A DNA stretch of 64,000 nucleotides from an uncultured virus (IMG/VR IMGVR_UViG_3300028025_000094) (lineage: Duplodnaviria > Heunggongvirae > Uroviricota > Caudoviricetes). The DNA is taken from IMG/VR virus record IMGVR_UViG_3300028025_000094. One strand, written 5' to 3'. The translations under genes and the position numbers were made by a program. The first letter of the stretch is position 1; each line of letters begins with the position of its first letter. The notes beneath the pieces are model-generated. The model searched no databases. It was not told the DNA's origin and worked only from the letters and a program-made list of their open reading frames with translations. This document shows positions 1 through 10,443 of this stretch, piece by piece.

Positions 1-1
1 T

Positions 2-271
2 CAGGCTGGTGGACTTACATATGAATCCGTAGATGCTATCATGGATACATTAGTTGAAGCATACCAAGGATACGCAGGAAGAATAAAATTCGGTGGTCAA
101 TATACTATGATTAATTATGCTGACGTTGATGCATTTGCGTGGTTGGGTGGTATCGAAGAAATAATTAAACAGTTAAGGGAAACAATCGAATATTCTGATG
201 TTCAAAACATCCTTGATGAATTATTAGCTGCAGTTTCCAAGTTCAAATATCTATTAACGCTTAAAAAATAA
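2..271 (+). CDS. 5'-truncated ferritin/Dps-like (DUF5856-type) phage protein
   Basis: Frame open from window edge; DTLVEAYQG..GRI and QNILDELL...KYLLTLK pattern. Confidence 0.5.
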   Translation, partial: QAGGLTYESVDAIMDTLVEAYQGYAGRIKFGGQYTMINYADVDAFAWLGGIEEIIKQLRETIEYSDVQNILDELLAAVSKFKYLLTLKK

Positions 272-918
272 TGAGGCATCTTAAACCTTTTGATGAGTTG
301 TTTGAAGGTCTAGGATCATCTACCGTTCTCAACTTTTCTAGGGAGGATGTTAAAAATCGTGAATCCTATAAAGATCTGATTGCATCTGGCTTCAAGGATA
401 TAACACCTCCAAGATCTGAAGAGGGTACATTCAGATTCTCGCATCCATCATTCGATGGCATGGATTATTTAATTTACACAACGGGATACATCAGGAGACA
501 GGATACAACTAACGATGGACCCTGGCGTAATACATCAATGGTAACACAATCAGTAATACCTCCGGATGCGGTAAGAAGTGATTATAGACGTGACGAAACC
601 GGTAAGATGGATTGGGTCACGAGACGCCCATCAAATTCCAGTATTATATATGGAAGACCAATTAAAAGTCCAGAGGATTATGATATAAAATTTGAGTGGC
701 TAAAAAACATCGCAGATAAAAAAATTGCAAAATTAACCGGTACGAAATATATCCCCAATCCCAATCCCAAAGTTGTTATGGACGGATTTATTAAATTTGC
801 CCAATCCTCTCCTGCTGCAGCATTAAAGGTTAAACGAACGTTTCCCAAGATATGGGACGAAATTAAAACCCTTCCCGATATGGATACGTTAGCGGATCTT
901 GCAGATCTTGGATTTTAA
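271..918 (+). CDS. Putative internal virion protein with N-terminal leader and C-terminal LADLGF tag
   Basis: Starts MRHLKPFDELFEG, ends FPKIWDEIKTLPDMDTLADLADLGF; core resembles 17102..17671. Confidence 0.6.
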   Translation: MRHLKPFDELFEGLGSSTVLNFSREDVKNRESYKDLIASGFKDITPPRSEEGTFRFSHPSFDGMDYLIYTTGYIRRQDTTNDGPWRNTSMVTQSVIPPDAVRSDYRRDETGKMDWVTRRPSNSSIIYGRPIKSPEDYDIKFEWLKNIADKKIAKLTGTKYIPNPNPKVVMDGFIKFAQSSPAAALKVKRTFPKIWDEIKTLPDMDTLADLADLGF

Positions 919-954
919 TCCGGAACAATTTCACACCTTATCGATAAAAAGAGA

Positions 955-1332
955 ATGAAACTAGAATCATTCGAATTTTTAATTAAATCCCTCGCTAGTA
1001 ATTTTAAGACCGATCATTCATTTTATGAGTTGGGTCTTGATATTAGCAATATTACCGATCCATACCATCAGATCATAACTCATCTTCTAAGGGTCTACTA
1101 CGGGGAAACAGGTGAAGATTGGATATCCTGGTATTTGTGGGAAAGGAAAGAAGGTGATGAGGATCAAGCATGGGATGAGAATAAAAATCCAATATGCTAT
1201 GATATACCTTCTCTATGGAAGCATGTTGAAGAACTGAGGGTGTCCTCAGATTTTCAGGAGTATGTTCCACCGAGAAAAATGAATGAAGAAGAAAGGGAAG
1301 AACTATTAAATAATCTTTTCAAACACAAATAA
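955..1332 (+). CDS. Hypothetical protein
   Basis: 125-aa ORF in tightly packed + run. Confidence 0.6.
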   Translation: MKLESFEFLIKSLASNFKTDHSFYELGLDISNITDPYHQIITHLLRVYYGETGEDWISWYLWERKEGDEDQAWDENKNPICYDIPSLWKHVEELRVSSDFQEYVPPRKMNEEEREELLNNLFKHK

Positions 1333-1338
1333 TAAGAC

Positions 1339-1740
1339 ATGGGATTTCATAGTAGACATATAAGTGATGATTCTTTAATAGCATTTGCTAAAAATGAATT
1401 AGGTAGTTTTGATACCTACATGAGAAACGCAGACTCGTATAACCTAACCGGGGAATATACATCTTGCTTTTGGGATTTTTATCAGGAGGAGAAAGAAGCC
1501 AGGGAATCTCTTTGGAATATTTTAAGAAATGAATCTGAGAATAAAGACCATTTGATTAATACCGTTTGTAAATTATGGGAAACGGCAACGAATGAAAAAA
1601 ATAATTTTGACCAGCTAGAGGGGATACTTAATTATTTAGATCTTGCTGAAAAAATAGGAAACCCTGAAGAAAATATCCACATTAAAAAATTAATAGAAAT
1701 ATTAAAAGAAAGAGTTAAAAAAAATATAAACAATGAATAA
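1339..1740 (+). CDS. Hypothetical protein
   Basis: 133-aa ORF, overlaps next start. Confidence 0.6.
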   Translation: MGFHSRHISDDSLIAFAKNELGSFDTYMRNADSYNLTGEYTSCFWDFYQEEKEARESLWNILRNESENKDHLINTVCKLWETATNEKNNFDQLEGILNYLDLAEKIGNPEENIHIKKLIEILKERVKKNINNE

Positions 1741-1999
1741 CGAACAACCCCAAATACAAATTAACATAGCAGGTGCGCCTTGGATTACATGCGACTGCGG
1801 AAGTCATCTTTTTAGATCACTTATGATGATAAAAAAGATTTCTCAGTTTGAATCCCCAACCCTGAGGGAGGAACAGGTGCCAATCGATATTGTAGTCTGT
1901 GAGAGCTGTGGAAAAATACCTAATTTTTTAACCTCAAGAATTAAAGACATCCCAACTGAACTTCTAGCAAAACCCCTTGTTGTTACAGATGAAAAATAA
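1733..1999 (+). CDS. Zinc-ribbon-like protein
   Basis: CDCG and CESCG cysteine pairs. Confidence 0.6.
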   Translation: MNNEQPQIQINIAGAPWITCDCGSHLFRSLMMIKKISQFESPTLREEQVPIDIVVCESCGKIPNFLTSRIKDIPTELLAKPLVVTDEK

Positions 2000-2213
2000 T
2001 GAAACCATTCCTGAATTATCTTTTGATGAGGAAAAAATAAACTTTCTTTTAAAGAATGCAGAAAAACTACATCTTGTTATGTCTAAAGAACAGATAGATT
2101 TTCTTGTTTCCTCCCTGAAAGAAAATCTAGAAAAAATAGAGGAAACAATTAATACTCTGAAAGATCAGGAAAGCGATACTGAAGAAACTGAAGAAAAAAA
2201 CAACCATGAATAA
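1989..2213 (+). CDS. Hypothetical acidic coiled-coil protein
   Basis: ATG 1989, overlaps both neighbours. Confidence 0.5.
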   Translation: MKNNETIPELSFDEEKINFLLKNAEKLHLVMSKEQIDFLVSSLKENLEKIEETINTLKDQESDTEETEEKNNHE

Positions 2214-3477
2214 ATTAGATAAACAATATCAAAATCTACTTCAGGACATTTTAGATAATGGAGTTGTAAAATCTGATAGGACAGGAACTGGTACTATTTC
2301 CGTTTTTGGTACACAGATACGTCACAAGATGAGCGAGGGATTTCCCTTACTCACAACTAAAAAAATGGCTTGGAAATCTGTAGTAACCGAATTACTGTGG
2401 TTTCTGAGAGGTGATACCAATATTAAATTTCTGGTAGATAACGATTGTCATATCTGGGACGGAGATGCGTATAAAAGGTACGAGAATGTTTATGAGATAG
2501 AAAGCAGAGAGAGTACATACGCTTTGGAAGAACTTCATATGTTATCGGATTTGACGAAAGAACAGTTTATTGAAAGAATAAAAACCGAGAATGATTTTGC
2601 TAAGAAGTGGGGTGAATTAGGTCCGATCTATGGTAAGCAATGGAGAAGCTGGGTAGGAGAAAATAAAAGAGCTAAAGGAAGTTTATCTGCAACAACAACG
2701 TTTGGATATATTGACCAAATTCAAAATCTGATAGAGGATCTTAGAACAAATCCAGATAGTAGAAGATTAATGGTATCTGCCTGGAACGTCGGTGAGCTAG
2801 ACCAAATGGTATTACCACCTTGTCATTATGGATTTCAAGTTTATACGACCGAACTGAGTGATATAAGAAGATATAATATTTGGTTCAATAACAACTACGA
2901 AACCGGTATGGAGAGATTTTTTGATCCTAACAATCTACCCGATTTCGATAACCCATATTATACACCAACCCCAAAGAGATCAATTTCTTTAATGTGGAAT
3001 CAGAGAAGCGTAGATACATTCTTAGGATTACCTTTCAATATTGCTTCTTATGGGCTACTGTTAGAAATTATTGCAAAAGCAGTAAATATGATTCCTGATG
3101 AACTCATTGGTAATTTGGGGGATACCCATTTGTACTCTAATCACATCGAGCAAGCTAAAGAACAGATTGGTAGAAAATATACACCAGAGGAAAGAAGTGA
3201 ATTTTTGGAAAATGCAATGGGCAAAGATTCATATAGATTAGCGGTATCAGAACTTATGCCTTTCGGAGGGGGTATGAGCGAGTATTATGATTTGTATAAG
3301 ATACCATACTACACAAGAACCCCGTTTGAATTGCCTACCCTAAGATTTAATTCAGGAAACGAAAATTGGCAATTATTAGGGATTGATGAGATTATAAATT
3401 CTTTGGATCCCGATTTTACATTTAAACTTGAAAATTATCAATCGCATTCTTCAATAAAAGCACCATTATCAAATTAA
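2206..3477 (+). CDS. thyA: Thymidylate synthase with insertions
   Basis: DRTGTGT, FPLLTTKK, ELLWFLRG, LPPCH, QRSVDTFLGLPFNIASY, GDTHLYSNH. Confidence 0.97.
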   Translation: MNKLDKQYQNLLQDILDNGVVKSDRTGTGTISVFGTQIRHKMSEGFPLLTTKKMAWKSVVTELLWFLRGDTNIKFLVDNDCHIWDGDAYKRYENVYEIESRESTYALEELHMLSDLTKEQFIERIKTENDFAKKWGELGPIYGKQWRSWVGENKRAKGSLSATTTFGYIDQIQNLIEDLRTNPDSRRLMVSAWNVGELDQMVLPPCHYGFQVYTTELSDIRRYNIWFNNNYETGMERFFDPNNLPDFDNPYYTPTPKRSISLMWNQRSVDTFLGLPFNIASYGLLLEIIAKAVNMIPDELIGNLGDTHLYSNHIEQAKEQIGRKYTPEERSEFLENAMGKDSYRLAVSELMPFGGGMSEYYDLYKIPYYTRTPFELPTLRFNSGNENWQLLGIDEIINSLDPDFTFKLENYQSHSSIKAPLSN

Positions 3478-3482
3478 AATAT

Positions 3483-3752
3483 ATGACATTACAAGAACTA
3501 AAAACTTGGGTTAATGAATTACCAGAGGATCTTATGGAATTTCAAGTTGTTCATGCAGAAGTAATAAGACTGGAGGAAGATGATTCTGATGAAGATAATT
3601 TCACAGTCAGATTAGACAAGCCTATTACAGCATTAACTGTAGATATGGACAGCAAAGAGATTCTTATTATGAATGATTATGACGGAGACGTGGATGATCT
3701 GGAATTTGATGAGGATCCACACGACGGAAAGGAGTTTGGTACTAAAGAATAA
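3483..3752 (+). CDS. Hypothetical acidic protein
   Basis: 89-aa ORF directly after thyA. Confidence 0.55.
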   Translation: MTLQELKTWVNELPEDLMEFQVVHAEVIRLEEDDSDEDNFTVRLDKPITALTVDMDSKEILIMNDYDGDVDDLEFDEDPHDGKEFGTKE

Positions 3753-3759
3753 ATAGAAC

Positions 3760-4002
3760 ATGTTTATTCATATAACCCCAGACGAATTAGAAATCGAATT
3801 TAGAGAATCATGGAAACTTGGATGGATCTCACAACCAAGCATAGATTATGGCGATAATGCAATTTATGCTCTATTTGAAAACAAGCAGGTTATTATTTTT
3901 AGATTCAAGAATTACGGATGGATTAATGATAATAGATACAATAAGTATTTCATTAGCTCAGGATCAGCAGGAATAACTATTCAGATAATACCGAGTTCGT
4001 GA
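3760..4002 (+). CDS. Hypothetical protein
   Basis: 80-aa ORF in operon. Confidence 0.55.
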   Translation: MFIHITPDELEIEFRESWKLGWISQPSIDYGDNAIYALFENKQVIIFRFKNYGWINDNRYNKYFISSGSAGITIQIIPSS

Positions 4003-4010
4003 TTAATACT

Positions 4011-4154
4011 TTAATAATTTTTGTAGATCCTTATACGATAGACACCTCGATCGTCTTGATAAACGTCTTCTTCCGGTAACAGAGTCTCTTCGTCCTCCAT
4101 TTCAACTATCTCTTCTTCATATTGAAATTCTTCATAAAGTTTTAAGTACCTCAT
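4011..4154 (-). CDS. 47-aa acidic peptide with N-terminal leader (not in ORF track)
   Basis: Hand-translated MRYLKLYEEFQYEEEIVEMEDEETLLPEEDVYQDDRGVYRIRIYKNY; fills gap downstream of M28 gene. Confidence 0.6.
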   Translation of the reverse strand: MRYLKLYEEFQYEEEIVEMEDEETLLPEEDVYQDDRGVYRIRIYKNY

Positions 4155-4163
4155 TTTCAGTGA

Positions 4164-4910
4164 TTAATTTTTTAGTATTGGTATAACAATATCCTCGGTA
4201 AACTCCTTCATATCGTCAACTGAGATAGTATCTAGCGTGTCTTTTGGAGTGTGGCAATTAAATAGTAATTTAAAATCCAAATACACTCCTTCTTCCCATT
4301 TAACGGGAGATTCTTCAATATTGTCTGTTGGAGGAAGCGGATTTATAACACAAGAATCTATGCCATTTCTTCTAAATATAACGGAGTCATTAAACGGCGT
4401 TTTAATGATTGGACAATTAAATATTGATTTAATATGATCTGTTAATGGCCCAGGATAATCCCCTATAAAAAAGTATTTACCTCCCCTTCCTGTTAATTCT
4501 AAATTTAAAACCCATTCAATATCTCCGAATAATCCATCATTGATCAATTGAGAGCATCTTTGCGATCCCAATCCCCCAACCTCTTCACCATCAAGTATAA
4601 CAACATTAATCTCAGGCATGATTTTTTTAATCATGATGGCATTAATAACCGAGGCTGAATTATCGTTGGCATTATCAATATAGGGGTTAACAATATCGTG
4701 ATGTGCTACCACCATTCTATTAGAATCCCCTCTCATTACAATATTATAACAGGTTGTATCCCTGTATTCAAACGTATCTAATTCGTAGCTAATACCCTCA
4801 GATTCTAATAAACCCATTAGAAAATTAACCCTTGGTGTTGGTTTATTTGTATTTTCGAGGGCGTTACCCTTATTTCTTATTTTACAGAAATCGTATATTT
4901 TATCGTACAT
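4164..4910 (-). CDS. M28-family zinc peptidase
   Basis: VAHHD, ANDNSASV, DGEEVGGLGS, LNLE, CHTPKD ligand motifs. Confidence 0.85.
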   Translation of the reverse strand: MYDKIYDFCKIRNKGNALENTNKPTPRVNFLMGLLESEGISYELDTFEYRDTTCYNIVMRGDSNRMVVAHHDIVNPYIDNANDNSASVINAIMIKKIMPEINVVILDGEEVGGLGSQRCSQLINDGLFGDIEWVLNLELTGRGGKYFFIGDYPGPLTDHIKSIFNCPIIKTPFNDSVIFRRNGIDSCVINPLPPTDNIEESPVKWEEGVYLDFKLLFNCHTPKDTLDTISVDDMKEFTEDIVIPILKN

Positions 4911-5025
4911 ATTCTATATATCAAATATTTTTTAACTGGTAAGGACTTTTAAACCAATATCGAATAGTAACTAATTAATGTTATTAGATCCATCATTTTA
5001 GTTATAAAAAGTGAAACATTTTATG

Positions 5026-5033
5026 TACCTTTG
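5026..5033 (+). promoter_or_regulatory. Bacteroidota-type -7 promoter box (TAnnTTTG)
   Basis: TACCTTTG ~20 nt before ATG 5055. Confidence 0.6.
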
Positions 5034-5054
5034 TGATAGAAAGTAAAAAAGGAA

Positions 5055-5717
5055 ATGTCACTAAAAATAGACCATGGAAATATTTGGATCACGTCGGATA
5101 CACATTTCGGGCATGCAGGAATTGTTAGGGGAACAACCCATTGGAGAATCCTGGACGCTGATGGCAATAAGATAGTTCCTTTGGATGCTGTTAGGGATTT
5201 TGATACCGTTGAAGAAATGAACGAAATGATGATATCTAATATCAACGATTGTGTTGGTGAGCATGATACATTATTTCATATGGGGGATTGGAGCTTTGGT
5301 GGATTCGAAAACATTTCAGAATTTAGATATAGAATCAATTGTAAGAATATACACTTTATTATAGGAAATCACGATCACCATATAGAATCAAACAAGGATA
5401 ATATTAGAAGATTCTTTGCTTCTGTTAATTCATACAATGAGGTTAATGTAGCTCATAAGAGCGGAAATTTAAAATTGATACTTTGTCACTATCCTATAGT
5501 TTCTTGGAACAATATGAGGAAAAACTCTTACATGATTCACGGACACCAACATCTCAAGGGAGATCAGAGATTCGGTAATGGAAAAAGAATGGATGTTGGT
5601 ATGTGTGGGCATCCAGAATTTCGTCCTTACAATTTAGATGAGATTGTAGAAATTCTTAGAAATTGTGAAAGTTATGAAATAGAAAATAGAAGTAAGGAAG
5701 GTAAATTAATTAGATAA
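5055..5717 (+). CDS. Calcineurin-like metallophosphoesterase
   Basis: SDTHFGH, HMGDW, GNHD, CHYP, HGHQH. Confidence 0.9.
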   Translation: MSLKIDHGNIWITSDTHFGHAGIVRGTTHWRILDADGNKIVPLDAVRDFDTVEEMNEMMISNINDCVGEHDTLFHMGDWSFGGFENISEFRYRINCKNIHFIIGNHDHHIESNKDNIRRFFASVNSYNEVNVAHKSGNLKLILCHYPIVSWNNMRKNSYMIHGHQHLKGDQRFGNGKRMDVGMCGHPEFRPYNLDEIVEILRNCESYEIENRSKEGKLIR

Positions 5718-5719
5718 TA

Positions 5720-6070
5720 ATGAATGTTGATTTAGTAAAGAGAAAGGATTATTTACACGAGGATTTTTACAAAGATAGAAAAATAATCTATGGGGGCTTT
5801 AAGGGAGATATGACCTGGAATTACTATCTAACCGGTTTTGATAAATCCTTGCATCCCCTGTTAGAATCTATTAGATCTTATGTCAGGCTATTTTGGGAAG
5901 AAATGGAAGAAGAGTTTAAATCAACCAGATTTTGTGAGAAGAACTTCTTCTTATTTGATAATAAATTTTCCATAAGTTTTACGGTTAGATCATGGGGAGA
6001 CTTTATTGCAGCGGCAGAAAATAAGGGAAGAACCTACGAAGATCTTTATGAGATTAAAGATCTAGCGTAA
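5720..6070 (+). CDS. Hypothetical protein
   Basis: 116-aa ORF. Confidence 0.55.
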   Translation: MNVDLVKRKDYLHEDFYKDRKIIYGGFKGDMTWNYYLTGFDKSLHPLLESIRSYVRLFWEEMEEEFKSTRFCEKNFFLFDNKFSISFTVRSWGDFIAAAENKGRTYEDLYEIKDLA

Positions 6071-6109
6071 CTTACCTCATTTCCTCCCATATAATATTAA
6101 AATATTTTA

Positions 6110-6676
6110 ATGATCCAAAGACTAGTAAAAGAAGAACAAGATAGATCGTTTGTATTATCAGAAGATATAGAAAGCGAAGTTGCGGGAGAAATTATTCATT
6201 GGATCTATACTGTTAATCAGGAAGACCAGGCAAAGGAAAACGAGGTAGTAGATTTCAAAAGAAGACCAATGGAATTGTTGATCAATACATTTGGTGGTAG
6301 TGTCTATGACACATTTGCTATAGTGAATGCGATAGTAACCTCAAAGACTCCTATTATCACAACATGTATTGGATCTGCAATGAGCGGAGGACTTTATATT
6401 CTTGCAGCAGGCCACATCAGACTAGCTTGCCAATACTCCAACTTCATGTACCACGAATGCTCAACCGGGATGGTATCAACCTACAGAAATAAGTTGGTTG
6501 AGAACCTAGAGGAGATCCACAGAGTACAAGGATTATTAGAATCCTTCCTATGCAGCAAAACAAAGCTCAATAAGAAGACTTTGCAGAAGTATAATGATAA
6601 ACGTGCCGAATGGTATTTTGGTTCAGAAGAGGCCGTTAAATGGAAGATCATAGACGGTATTTACACCCAGTCATAA
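6110..6676 (+). CDS. clpP: ClpP-like protease (copy 1)
   Basis: INTFGGSV, CIGSAMSGG (Ser), FMYHE (His), EWYFGSEEA..KIIDGI. Confidence 0.85.
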   Translation: MIQRLVKEEQDRSFVLSEDIESEVAGEIIHWIYTVNQEDQAKENEVVDFKRRPMELLINTFGGSVYDTFAIVNAIVTSKTPIITTCIGSAMSGGLYILAAGHIRLACQYSNFMYHECSTGMVSTYRNKLVENLEEIHRVQGLLESFLCSKTKLNKKTLQKYNDKRAEWYFGSEEAVKWKIIDGIYTQS

Positions 6677-6711
6677 AAAAATCCCCAAGTCTAATAAGCT
6701 TGGGGATTTTT
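6676..6711. terminator. Bidirectional intrinsic terminator
   Basis: AAAAAATCCCCAAG-loop-CTTGGGGATTTTT between convergent genes. Confidence 0.8.
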
Positions 6712-6729
6712 GTGTGATTCTGTTATGTT

Positions 6730-7785
6730 TTATGTAGTTACATCGTACGACCAACCCTTTCCATCAAGAACAGTAAGAGCTGCTAATCCAGCTGCACCCG
6801 GCGCTGCGTTAGTTCCAAGTCCTGAACTATTATCAATAATAATATATCCATTTGTAACACTATTATCAGCTAATGCTACAAGTATGTTATCTACTGCGGT
6901 TTGAGTTAAAGCACAATCGTTAATTAATAGTTCTTGACCATCAATACCCAATGGTTGCGTTGAAGATATAATTAATTCTGTTAATTCAGTATTTCCTGCA
7001 AAATCAAAATCTTCTAAAACAGGTAAATTAGATACATCAACAGAACCTACTATACCACATTGATCAAAATCTATGTATGTTAAAGAAGTACAATCCGATA
7101 AATCAGGGAATCCTGCTGAAAAATCACTATCATCTAGACGAAGATATGTTAATGATGTACATCCACTTAAATTAATAGATGTTAGACTATGAGTGCTTGA
7201 TCCTGGTAATTCGTTATCCCCTACATCTACGTGAAGAAGATTTGATAATCCGGAGAAATTAACCGAGGTTAAATTATGGTCATCCGCTACAAATCTTTCT
7301 AGATTTATTAGGTTTTGTAAACCTGTTATTGAGGTTAATGATGCATCGTCATCTTGGCTGAAATCTAATTCTGTTACTAAACTTGCATCATCGAAACATA
7401 AGCTAGCAGTATATTCTGTATCTGAATCTTCATATGTGTGATCAATTTGTAATTCACCATCTATCACGTCGGTAACTTCTGTTCCGTCGCCCCATGTTAT
7501 TGTATAGTTAGTAGGACCAGATGTTGTAATAGTTATCTCCGAATAAGTTCCATCTGTTGTGTTGTTTACGAATTCAATACATCCGGAAGATATACTTACA
7601 CTACCAGATGCTGCTGCTCCTCCCGCCTGAATAGCTTGTGCAGCCATTCTAGCATTCATTGATTCAGCAATTGCTAGATATTCTTCTTCCTCCTGTCTAG
7701 CTTTCCATTGCTGTTCTAATTGTTCTTCTGTGAGATTTAAGCCGTTAAAACGGGTTAAATAGTTTTCTCTTATTTGCTTATTCAT
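6730..7785 (-). CDS. PKD-like plus leucine-rich-repeat protein, probably structural
   Basis: ITWGDG..HTY motif; LTSINLSGCTSLTYL-type LRRs; GATATATA box upstream. Confidence 0.65.
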   Translation of the reverse strand: MNKQIRENYLTRFNGLNLTEEQLEQQWKARQEEEEYLAIAESMNARMAAQAIQAGGAAASGSVSISSGCIEFVNNTTDGTYSEITITTSGPTNYTITWGDGTEVTDVIDGELQIDHTYEDSDTEYTASLCFDDASLVTELDFSQDDDASLTSITGLQNLINLERFVADDHNLTSVNFSGLSNLLHVDVGDNELPGSSTHSLTSINLSGCTSLTYLRLDDSDFSAGFPDLSDCTSLTYIDFDQCGIVGSVDVSNLPVLEDFDFAGNTELTELIISSTQPLGIDGQELLINDCALTQTAVDNILVALADNSVTNGYIIIDNSSGLGTNAAPGAAGLAALTVLDGKGWSYDVTT

Positions 7786-7811
7786 TATTTAGCTTTAGAT
7801 ATTATTTGACT

Positions 7812-7870
7812 TATATATCACCGTTTTATAGAATAAATTACCAGATGATACCTAGCATATAAGATATATA
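7812..7870. promoter_or_regulatory. Divergent pair of GATATATA boxes (putative late promoters)
   Basis: TATATATC 7812-7819 (minus) and GATATATA 7863-7870 (plus). Confidence 0.6.
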
Positions 7871-7916
7871 AAACTATTATTCTAACAGACTCAAAAAATA
7901 ATGAATAGATAAAACA

Positions 7917-8813
7917 ATGATTACGAAATACTCAGATTTTTTATTCGAAGCCCAATTTAATAATGGGGGATACAGTGTAGATACAATTAGATCTATTCAA
8001 CAAAAATTGATAGACGATAAGATCCTACCTCAAAAGAACGCAGCGGGAAAAGATAATACCGATGGAAAATTTGGGGAATTGACAAAAGGAGCTTTAGCCC
8101 AGTATCAGCAAAAGAGATCTTTAAAGGATCAGACTGGAGCAATAAATAAAGAAACCCTGGATGCTATGAGCATCAAAACTGGATTGGTAAATCAAAGTGA
8201 TCTACAGTCTTCCACCTCATCCAGCGATTTGAAACAACAATCAGGTTCGCAACCAGAATTAAAAGCACAGGATCTTCAGACATATGGTAAATTTACACCA
8301 GGTAAGGATAAATCTTCACCGTTAGTCATTGTCTTCGGAGGTATTCCTGTCGGAGGAAAAGAAAGCGGGGATTACATGTATGACTATTTTAATAAAACGG
8401 GGGACAAGTATAACCTATTTGTAGCTAAATCACACAGAATAAACGGAGCAGAGGCTTATCAGTCTTTAAAGAATAAGATTAGCTCTGGTGAAATAACTCC
8501 TAGCAAAAAAATCCTATATCTTTTCTCTGGCGGTTATAGACCGGGTCAATCTGCTCTTACCAAGTTCAAACCTGAGGAATTTGATAAAATCATGCTGGTT
8601 GATATCTGGATGGGTAATTCGTCAGTTTCTAGCTTCTATAAAGATCTTGCATCAAAATATAAGGATAAGGTTGAATATTATTACACTGACTATGGTGCTA
8701 ATAATTCATCTGCTAGAGATTCTATTGCATCCTCTGTAGCAAAGAAAGAAAAAGTCTCAGGGCACATGGCATCTAATATCAATGCTATTAACAGTTTACT
8801 TAAAATAGCATAA
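7917..8813 (+). CDS. Peptidoglycan-binding domain plus alpha/beta-hydrolase-like domain, with N-terminal leader
   Basis: MITKYSDFLFEA; DGKFGELTKGALAQYQ (PG_binding_1-like); LFSGG elbow-like motif and C-terminal His. Confidence 0.55.
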   Translation: MITKYSDFLFEAQFNNGGYSVDTIRSIQQKLIDDKILPQKNAAGKDNTDGKFGELTKGALAQYQQKRSLKDQTGAINKETLDAMSIKTGLVNQSDLQSSTSSSDLKQQSGSQPELKAQDLQTYGKFTPGKDKSSPLVIVFGGIPVGGKESGDYMYDYFNKTGDKYNLFVAKSHRINGAEAYQSLKNKISSGEITPSKKILYLFSGGYRPGQSALTKFKPEEFDKIMLVDIWMGNSSVSSFYKDLASKYKDKVEYYYTDYGANNSSARDSIASSVAKKEKVSGHMASNINAINSLLKIA

Positions 8814-8868
8814 CTAAATAGATTTAGGAGTAAACTAGCTTTGAATATATAAATCAAAAATATTAAGC

Positions 8869-10371
8869 ATGATCACAAGTTATTCTTCATTTAATGGCAA
8901 TCCTTTTAGTTTAAGAGAGAATGTTATGGCAAAATTAGAAATGAAAGAATTTTCTAATTTATTCGACAATACGCTTTTTGAATCTTCCTCTGATAACTTA
9001 CTTCTAGAGAAAGCATATTCCACATATGAACTAGGTCTATTGTACGAGAACAGAAAAGATTGGTTCGGAGACAATAAACAGATTTATGCTTTAGAGAGTG
9101 GAGATCAGTGTATTCTTTTCAAGAACAATGCATTATTTCTTGTTTCGTTGTCTACCTACAAAATACTAAATGAACAATTAAGCTGGGATAATGTTGAATC
9201 GATATGGAATAGCACTAAAGAAAAAGCTAAAGAATCTATTAATGCAGTCGCAGATGCTAATAAACAGATATTCGATGTTGTGTCTGATGGTGCTAAAAAA
9301 GCCTGGGAATTTTCCAAAAGGGTCGCTATCACTGTTATAGATTTTGTTAAACATGATCCATTAACAGCAGGAGCAATTTTCTTACAACTTATGTCAGCAA
9401 TAATTTCCTTCATCCCCGGAGTGGGACAAGGGGTGGGACCAGTTCTTTTAGCACTGGCTGGTACTTTAGATATTATTGGAGGAACAATTAGTATTAAAGG
9501 AGCGTGGGATAAATTTTCTACCATACAAGCAGTAAAAGGATCTGCTGGATCAATTCCGGCTAAAGCAACTTCTTCATTTTCTGCTGGTGCTCCACAGCTT
9601 GTCTCTGGGTGTGTTTCAATCCTTTTAGGTCTGAACGATGTGGTATCCTGTCCGAAGGCTGCATTGCCGGGAGTAGGAGCTACAAGTACTGCTCTTAGAG
9701 GTGCTTCTGAAAGCTGGTCAAGAACAATGGTTGCAGAGGTAGCACGTTCTTCTGAGAATCTTCTTTCTGGTATTGCTTCAGAAGCAACTGCCAAGCTAGG
9801 TCCTGCAATAGCCGAGGGTGCTGCTAAATTCATGAGTAAAGGTGGATCTGGTCTTGCGGCAGCTGCAATGAGTATAATAATGGTAAAAGTTGGAAAATCC
9901 ATACTTGGAAATTTATTCGATCTTGTCCTTGGTTCAATGGCTGGTATCACCACCGGAATATCATTCGTTCTTTCCCTTCCTACTAAAGCAGCAGAAGGAC
10001 TTAGAAAATTAATAGATGCTGCTGAAAGTCCTATTGCAAAACTTTTAATCCTCCCACTGGAAAAAATAATAGAGCCTCTTGTTAGAGCACTTGGCAAATT
10101 ATTGGACGTTCACGTTAAGCCTATGATAGACGGATTTAAAATATACATAAAGGCAATCATTGATAACCGTAAGGTTTTGGAAGGATTTGTTAAAGCGTCA
10201 GAAATTGAAGGCGGAGAACAATTAGTTAAATCCCAAACATCCCAGGTTAAGCCAAAGAATGCTCAGGTGTCTAAAGAGGATCTTTCTAAAATAAAGCAGA
10301 TAGATAAATCTGTTAAGAAAAACGAATCGCTCGACCATATACAGGGGTTTGAAGATTTTTCCCCTATTTAG
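8869..10371 (+). CDS. Ala/Gly-rich membrane-helix protein, tandem paralogue A
   Basis: 500 aa, hydrophobic hairpin AIFLQLMSAIISFIPGVGQGVGPVLLALAG; collinear with next gene. Confidence 0.65.
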   Translation: MITSYSSFNGNPFSLRENVMAKLEMKEFSNLFDNTLFESSSDNLLLEKAYSTYELGLLYENRKDWFGDNKQIYALESGDQCILFKNNALFLVSLSTYKILNEQLSWDNVESIWNSTKEKAKESINAVADANKQIFDVVSDGAKKAWEFSKRVAITVIDFVKHDPLTAGAIFLQLMSAIISFIPGVGQGVGPVLLALAGTLDIIGGTISIKGAWDKFSTIQAVKGSAGSIPAKATSSFSAGAPQLVSGCVSILLGLNDVVSCPKAALPGVGATSTALRGASESWSRTMVAEVARSSENLLSGIASEATAKLGPAIAEGAAKFMSKGGSGLAAAAMSIIMVKVGKSILGNLFDLVLGSMAGITTGISFVLSLPTKAAEGLRKLIDAAESPIAKLLILPLEKIIEPLVRALGKLLDVHVKPMIDGFKIYIKAIIDNRKVLEGFVKASEIEGGEQLVKSQTSQVKPKNAQVSKEDLSKIKQIDKSVKKNESLDHIQGFEDFSPI

Positions 10372-10443
10372 ATTAAGATCCGGTGGAATGCCTGTAATTG
10401 ATGCTCAATTGCTGATGGATATATAAACAAAAACATAGAACCA

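Noticed and set aside
2206..3477. Long ThyA as a base-modifying hydroxymethylase
   Set aside because: It keeps the dUMP-specific Asn in PFNIASY and all canonical motifs; the extra length is in-frame insertions without intein or intron signatures.
9156..10097. 313-aa antisense ORF (also 42658..43386, 28956..29420, 29605..30036 and others)
   Set aside because: Shadow frames of well-supported opposite-strand genes, with no motifs or promoter boxes.
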